In this document: positions 59,422 to 64,000 of the stretch, one piece after another | Numbering within the stretch: position 1 is the stretch's first letter | Layout: each line of letters opens with the position of its first letter | Origin: a virus | Strand: one strand, 5' to 3' | DNA: 64,000 nucleotides | Virus record (IMG/VR): IMGVR_UViG_3300044729_003379 | Coordinates: 9,727-73,726 of that record | Made by a program: the position numbers and the translations under genes | Notes under the pieces: model-generated | What the model was told of the DNA's origin: nothing | Seen by the model: the letters and a program-made list of their open reading frames with translations, nothing else | Database searches by the model: none

Positions 59422-59680
59422 TACTAAAAAAACAGATTGGAGAGAAAGAGAAATTGGCGCTCTTTGGCTTAAGGAAACGTCTAAGGGAGACAAGTTTTTC
59501 TCTGGAACAATTGATGGAAAAAAGGTTTCCATTTGGAAAAATAAGTTCTATGAAGAAGGTAGCGATCAACCTCGTTATCGCGTTTATAGAGATGAACTAC
59601 AGCAAACTTCTAATGCTGCTTCAAAGCCAACACCGAAAAAGATCGTTCAAGAAGATGATTCTCCAGACATTCCCTTTTGA
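59414..59680 (+). CDS. DUF736-like putative ssDNA-binding protein
   Basis: EIGALW.K....G..F.SG.I...N......QP.YRVY and C-terminal DDSPDIPF; promoter TTGACA-16-TATAAT with TG extension. Confidence 0.6.
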   Translation: MSDTKKTDWREREIGALWLKETSKGDKFFSGTIDGKKVSIWKNKFYEEGSDQPRYRVYRDELQQTSNAASKPTPKKIVQEDDSPDIPF

Positions 59681-59865
59681 TGACTGACGAAACAAAAATT
59701 AAGTCTTTAATTTTTGACGGACTCCTATGTGGTTTAACGCATCAGGAGTCTCTTTTTATTATTGATACGTTTCTTAGACAACAAGCAGATTCCATTTACG
59801 AAAAACTAAGTGTAGAAGAAATGGAAGAAATACTATTAAAATATGAAGATAAAGAATCAAATTAA
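59677..59865 (+). CDS. Hypothetical protein
   Basis: ATGA-coupled ORF. Confidence 0.45.
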   Translation: MMTDETKIKSLIFDGLLCGLTHQESLFIIDTFLRQQADSIYEKLSVEEMEEILLKYEDKESN

Positions 59866-59929
59866 TGACTCTTTTTCTTTATATGAAAAAATTAAAGTCT
59901 ATCTTCTTATAAAAAAATCCTTAAAAACA

Positions 59930-60160
59930 ATGAATACTTCTAAACTAGCCTCTCGTAAATTATGGGTTACTATCGGTGGAGCAACGCTTGTTAGCGTTTC
60001 TACTGCAATCCTTCTGTCAATGGGTGTTTCTGAAGAAGCAACAACTCAATTAGTCGGTTGGGTAGCTAAAATTATCTTAGGATATGCTGGCGCTCAAGGT
60101 CTTGTTGATGTGGCTTCTGCGATTCAAACAGGCAAGAATATGGCCAAAAATTCTGATTAA
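59930..60160 (+). CDS. Putative holin
   Basis: KLASRKLW start, two hydrophobic helices, Y...QGLVD; followed by a terminator; likely start ATG 59930. Confidence 0.55.
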   Translation: MNTSKLASRKLWVTIGGATLVSVSTAILLSMGVSEEATTQLVGWVAKIILGYAGAQGLVDVASAIQTGKNMAKNSD

Positions 60161-60181
60161 TAATCCAAACTAAATTCCGAT

Positions 60182-60216
60182 AAACCCTACTCAATTTTTT
60201 TGGGTAGGGTTTTTTT
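60182..60216 (+). terminator. Rho-independent terminator
   Basis: AAACCCTACTCAA...TTGGGTAGGGTTT followed by a T tract. Confidence 0.8.
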
Positions 60217-60230
60217 GTGTATAAAAGTGT

Positions 60231-61823
60231 ATGTCCACATATAATCTATTTTTGTCTGCGTCAGACGCCGATACTGCAATTACTAGATCTCATAGATTGT
60301 TTCACGATCAAGGATTAACAGGCGTTAATTTAAATCTGTATGGGGCAAACATCAATCATTGGGGAACAATTAATTCTACTGCACTTAATATAACAGGAGA
60401 TATTGGAGAGCCTTCTTACATTAAACAATTAACTGGTGGTATAAGAGTTAATGGGCAGTCAGAATTTCAGTCAATAATTGGAGGCATAAGAGTTCAAGGA
60501 ACATCATATATTCAATCTTTAACTGGTGGTCTTAATATTAATGGAAACATTTCTTCGGCTGGAAACATTTCCAATGTTGGAAATATATTAAATAATGGCT
60601 CAGTTACGATTAATGGTGGAACAAGGATTACTGGTGTTACAAATATAACTGGTGCAACAAATATTATTGGCAACACTTACATTAAAGGAAACTTCTTTAA
60701 TGAAGGAACAACTGCAACAATAAGAGCAACAACAACTGCTATTTCTGGAAACACCCTTAATTTAAATGGCACAACCCTCAATTCTACATTTACAAATTTC
60801 AATCTTGGAGCTACAGCTTTAAACATTAACGCACAAACCCAAATACAAGGAAACACCAATGTTAATGGAACCCTATCTGTAAACGGAGTTCCCATTACTA
60901 ATTCCAATATAACAAATGTTTCGAATTACTTTCTTACAGGAGGCGAATGTGTAGAAGCAATAAATGTTGGGGGAGGAGTTATTCAAGGAAGATATGCAGA
61001 CTATGATCTTGTTTCAGCAAACGAAGGAAGTCCTACTGGGGTGGCAAGAGGAGAATATGCCATAGACCTTCAGATGGTAAGACAAAACACCTCACAGGTT
61101 GCAGCCGCTTCTGGAAGTGCAATATTAGGTGGCAGATGGAATGCCACTAAAAGAAGCACTTCTCAAGGTGATTGGGCAACCGTTGTTGGTGGGTTGGCAA
61201 ATACGGGGCTTGGGCCAATATCGGTTATATTGGGAGGAAGTCAAAATGAAACAAGTTCGTATGCGGAACATTCAGTTGTTTTTGGAAACAGAGCTGTATC
61301 ATACAATGATAATGAACTAGCTCAAGGAAATGGTTCTGTGTATGGTTATCAAAGAACTTGGCTTGTAGGAAATGGAAGCCTTAATACAGATGGGATTAAT
61401 TTTGGTTCTGGGATATTTAATTGGGATCAAACAAACTTTTCTTATCCATACATATTAGCGGCTCCAAATAAAAGTATAAGCTTTTTTCTAAAAGGTTATG
61501 GGGTAATAAGTGGACCCAATACTGGTGTAATTTTAATGGAAGGAATTGGTTTCGCAGACGCTAATAATTTTTATGTTACAACAACTAGATCTCTTGGGGT
61601 TGGAGTTTCTTCAAATATTGTTTTTTTTACAGGTTCTAGAGAATCTGCTCCTTGGGCGGCTACTAATACTGCTTTTAAATTAGGTATTTGTAGTAATTCT
61701 GCTATTGGTGCAACATTTTCTGTTGCTGTAGATACTATTTCAAATAATCCCCTTCCAGAAGAAGACACAGGATTATTTGCAGCTATTGATCTTAATCAAA
61801 ATCTTGATGTGTTATTTTCATAA
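60231..61823 (+). CDS. Tail fibre/spike-like protein
   Basis: N/T/G/I-rich beta-helix repeats, RGEYAIDLQ and GG..N repeats; GTGTAT motif upstream. Confidence 0.65.
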   Translation: MSTYNLFLSASDADTAITRSHRLFHDQGLTGVNLNLYGANINHWGTINSTALNITGDIGEPSYIKQLTGGIRVNGQSEFQSIIGGIRVQGTSYIQSLTGGLNINGNISSAGNISNVGNILNNGSVTINGGTRITGVTNITGATNIIGNTYIKGNFFNEGTTATIRATTTAISGNTLNLNGTTLNSTFTNFNLGATALNINAQTQIQGNTNVNGTLSVNGVPITNSNITNVSNYFLTGGECVEAINVGGGVIQGRYADYDLVSANEGSPTGVARGEYAIDLQMVRQNTSQVAAASGSAILGGRWNATKRSTSQGDWATVVGGLANTGLGPISVILGGSQNETSSYAEHSVVFGNRAVSYNDNELAQGNGSVYGYQRTWLVGNGSLNTDGINFGSGIFNWDQTNFSYPYILAAPNKSISFFLKGYGVISGPNTGVILMEGIGFADANNFYVTTTRSLGVGVSSNIVFFTGSRESAPWAATNTAFKLGICSNSAIGATFSVAVDTISNNPLPEEDTGLFAAIDLNQNLDVLFS

Positions 61824-62848
61824 TGTTTGAAAAGAAAATAATAATGTGCGGTCTTGCTAATAATAAGACTTCTTTAGGAGAAGTTTTTAGGAGGGAAATT
61901 GATTGTTTTAAAAGTTTTTCAAATCCAGACGTTTTTGATTTACAAGAGTTTGCACATACAAATACAGCAAAGATTGATCTATTCCCACAATATAAGGGAC
62001 CATTTAATCACGATATTAAATATTTTCATCCACCATTTGGATTATATAATAATATAAAAAAACAAACAAATCCTCTCCCAAGAGATGTTAATAAGAAAAA
62101 GATTGGTTATTTTGTTTGGGAAAGCTCAGAATTACATCAATTTCAACAAGAGGTTCTACAAGATTTTGATGAAATATGGACAGCAAGCCATTATTGCAAA
62201 GATATTTTTTCTCAATATATCGATGAAAAACTTATAAGGATAATACCCCACCCCATTGTTTTTCCAAAAAAACCTAAAAAATATGCAAAATTTACAATTT
62301 TAATTATTGGAAACATATCATCAAATATTGATAGAAAGAATTTTGAAGCAAATTTAAAAGTTGCAAAAATAATAAGTAAAAAATATAAAAATATCAATAT
62401 AATTTTAAAAACGACAACATTTAATTCTGAAGAAAAGAAGAAGCTTAAAGAGCTTGTTGCTGGTTATAGGCTTAAAATAATAGATGATTATTTGTCAATA
62501 GAAAATGTTCAAAAATTAATTGGAAAATGTCACATGATTTTGTCTTTGCATCGTTCAGAAGGGTTTGGGTTAACGTTGGCAGAGGCATTATCTGTTGGAA
62601 CAATTCCTGTTGCAACTGGATATTCTGGAAATCTTGAGTTTATGAAAAACAAGGAAACCCTTGTTGATTATACTTTGGTAGATGTTAAAGATAATTATTT
62701 CAAAGGACAATGGGCAGAACCAAATATAGATGATTGTATTGACAAAATCGATAATATAATAAAAAGAGGAACAACAATTGATTCTATACAATTTTTGTCA
62801 TATTCAAATATTTCCAAACTTATATTAGAAACCTTACAAAATGATTGA
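61823..62848 (+). CDS. Glycosyltransferase family 4
   Basis: GYFVWE, DEIWTAS, RKN, SLHRSEGFGLTLAEA, ATGYSGNLEF and WAEP. Confidence 0.85.
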   Translation: MFEKKIIMCGLANNKTSLGEVFRREIDCFKSFSNPDVFDLQEFAHTNTAKIDLFPQYKGPFNHDIKYFHPPFGLYNNIKKQTNPLPRDVNKKKIGYFVWESSELHQFQQEVLQDFDEIWTASHYCKDIFSQYIDEKLIRIIPHPIVFPKKPKKYAKFTILIIGNISSNIDRKNFEANLKVAKIISKKYKNINIILKTTTFNSEEKKKLKELVAGYRLKIIDDYLSIENVQKLIGKCHMILSLHRSEGFGLTLAEALSVGTIPVATGYSGNLEFMKNKETLVDYTLVDVKDNYFKGQWAEPNIDDCIDKIDNIIKRGTTIDSIQFLSYSNISKLILETLQND

Positions 62849-63509
62849 TTTTAATAAATTATTATTTAGAGACAGGACTAGCGATGAAAACGTTTTCAAT
62901 AATGTATTCAAAAAAAATGAATACAATTTGAAAGAATTACCAGAAGAAAGCGTGGTTATAGATATTGGGGCGCATATTGGTAGTTTTTCTTTAAAAGCAT
63001 TTGAAATGGGTTCTCGTAATATTTTTGCATTTGAAGCCAATACGCATAATTCATTAATATGTAAATACAATTGCGAACCATATAATATAAAAGTTTTTAA
63101 TAAAGCTATTAGGGGGAATAAAAAAATGGCATTTGTTTCGAGCCGTTTTAATAGAAAAGACTTACCCGAAATTATTAATTATGGAGGACTGAGTATTGCT
63201 TTGGGTAATGACATCGAAGTAATAACTTTAGAAGAAGTCTTATCTTCCGTTGGGGGGAAAATAGATGTTTTAAAATTAGATTGTGAAGGCTCCGAATATC
63301 CTATTATTTTTGAATCAAACAAAAATGTATTTAATAATATCAAAAGCATAATTGGAGAAATTCACCCCGGTTCATTGCCAATAAATTTTTGCGAAGGCTT
63401 TATAAATAGTGCAAGTAATTTTGAACAATATTTACAAGAACAAGGGTATGAAACAAACTTTAAAGTTAATCCAGAAAACGGTTTCGGACATTTCTTTTGT
63501 TTTAAATAA
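62841..63509 (+). CDS. FkbM family methyltransferase
   Basis: VIDIGAHIGSFS, AFEA, LKLDCEGSEY and GEIH. Confidence 0.9.
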   Translation: MIDFNKLLFRDRTSDENVFNNVFKKNEYNLKELPEESVVIDIGAHIGSFSLKAFEMGSRNIFAFEANTHNSLICKYNCEPYNIKVFNKAIRGNKKMAFVSSRFNRKDLPEIINYGGLSIALGNDIEVITLEEVLSSVGGKIDVLKLDCEGSEYPIIFESNKNVFNNIKSIIGEIHPGSLPINFCEGFINSASNFEQYLQEQGYETNFKVNPENGFGHFFCFK

Positions 63510-63511
63510 AG

Positions 63512-64000
63512 ATGAACTATTTAGTATATACCCCCTATAGATGCGGGTCTAGTTTTTTAACGAGACTAATACAAAAAAACCTTAACGAAAGGAGCGTCAT
63601 CTTCTTAAAAGATATAAACAAAAACACCCAACAAGAGGATTTCTTAATAAAAGGACATAGAGAGGATCTTTCTATTCTTGGAAACAGAAAAATAGATTAT
63701 TTGTTCACCTCTATAAGAAAGCCTACGGATATTTTTATTTCTGCATTTTTTAAAGACATAAAAGAGAAAGATTATCCTTATTATTACCCTAACGATATTT
63801 GTAAAGAAAATACAAAGGATATGATGGATTTTTTTCTTTCTATTCCTTGGGAAGATTATGAGTGGTTATCTTATGAATTTAATTTTAAACAAATTGAAAA
63901 CTTAACTTCGATAAATTTGTGGCAAGAAGATTTTGATAAAAACAGGGGATTTAATAAATTCGTTAAAAAAGACACAACATTAATTGCGACAACTCATGAG
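63512..64000 (+). CDS. Putative sulfotransferase (3' truncated; not in ORF track)
   Basis: MNYLVYTPYRCGSSFL (5'-PSB loop), IKGH, SIRKPTDIFISAF (3'-PB motif); frame open to window end. Confidence 0.6.
   Translation, partial: MNYLVYTPYRCGSSFLTRLIQKNLNERSVIFLKDINKNTQQEDFLIKGHREDLSILGNRKIDYLFTSIRKPTDIFISAFFKDIKEKDYPYYYPNDICKENTKDMMDFFLSIPWEDYEWLSYEFNFKQIENLTSINLWQEDFDKNRGFNKFVKKDTTLIATTHE

Noticed and set aside
1-64000. Stop-codon reassignment
   Set aside because: Known enzymes are full length and densely packed under the standard code; TAG is rare but is used as a stop (48293, 48572)
1-64000. tRNA/rRNA genes, integrase, endolysin
   Set aside because: None recognisable by eye in this window; they may lie elsewhere in the genome

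Overview
This is a 64 kb slice of a large, AT-rich tailed dsDNA phage (Caudoviricetes, probably a long non-contractile tail because no sheath gene is recognisable), using the standard genetic code. Gene order: (1) 3' end of the terminase, then portal, protease/scaffold, decoration protein, major capsid, neck, tail tube, chaperones, a 1939-aa tape measure and tail-tip genes (1-25.7 kb); (2) a minus-strand operon of dUTPase, dNMP kinase, sigma factor and glycosyltransferases; (3) a CpG-rich, repeat- and hairpin-packed divergent intergenic region at 30.6-30.85 kb, a candidate replication origin; (4) ribonucleotide reductase, more glycan-building genes including gmd, and a replication/recombination set (RecA-like, DnaB, DnaG, a DnaE split from its PHP domain, a DEDDh exonuclease, two unusual SSB candidates); (5) RNA ligase, Clp ATPase, lysis-type membrane proteins, fibre-like genes and a third glycan cluster. 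Main non-obvious signals: a late-promoter-like GTGTAW motif fixed 14-15 nt upstream of eight start codons, alongside sigma70 promoters that also abut ATGs (near-leaderless expression); strong Ser/Thr-Gly enrichment in virion proteins alongside about ten glycan-building enzymes (candidate virion glycosylation system); an integron attC-like hairpin after a GC-rich foreign ORF; a Whirly-like SSB with a bacterial SSB acidic tail; and a membrane-anchored PAS protein under the late motif. All family calls are by-eye motif recognition; no database searches were run.
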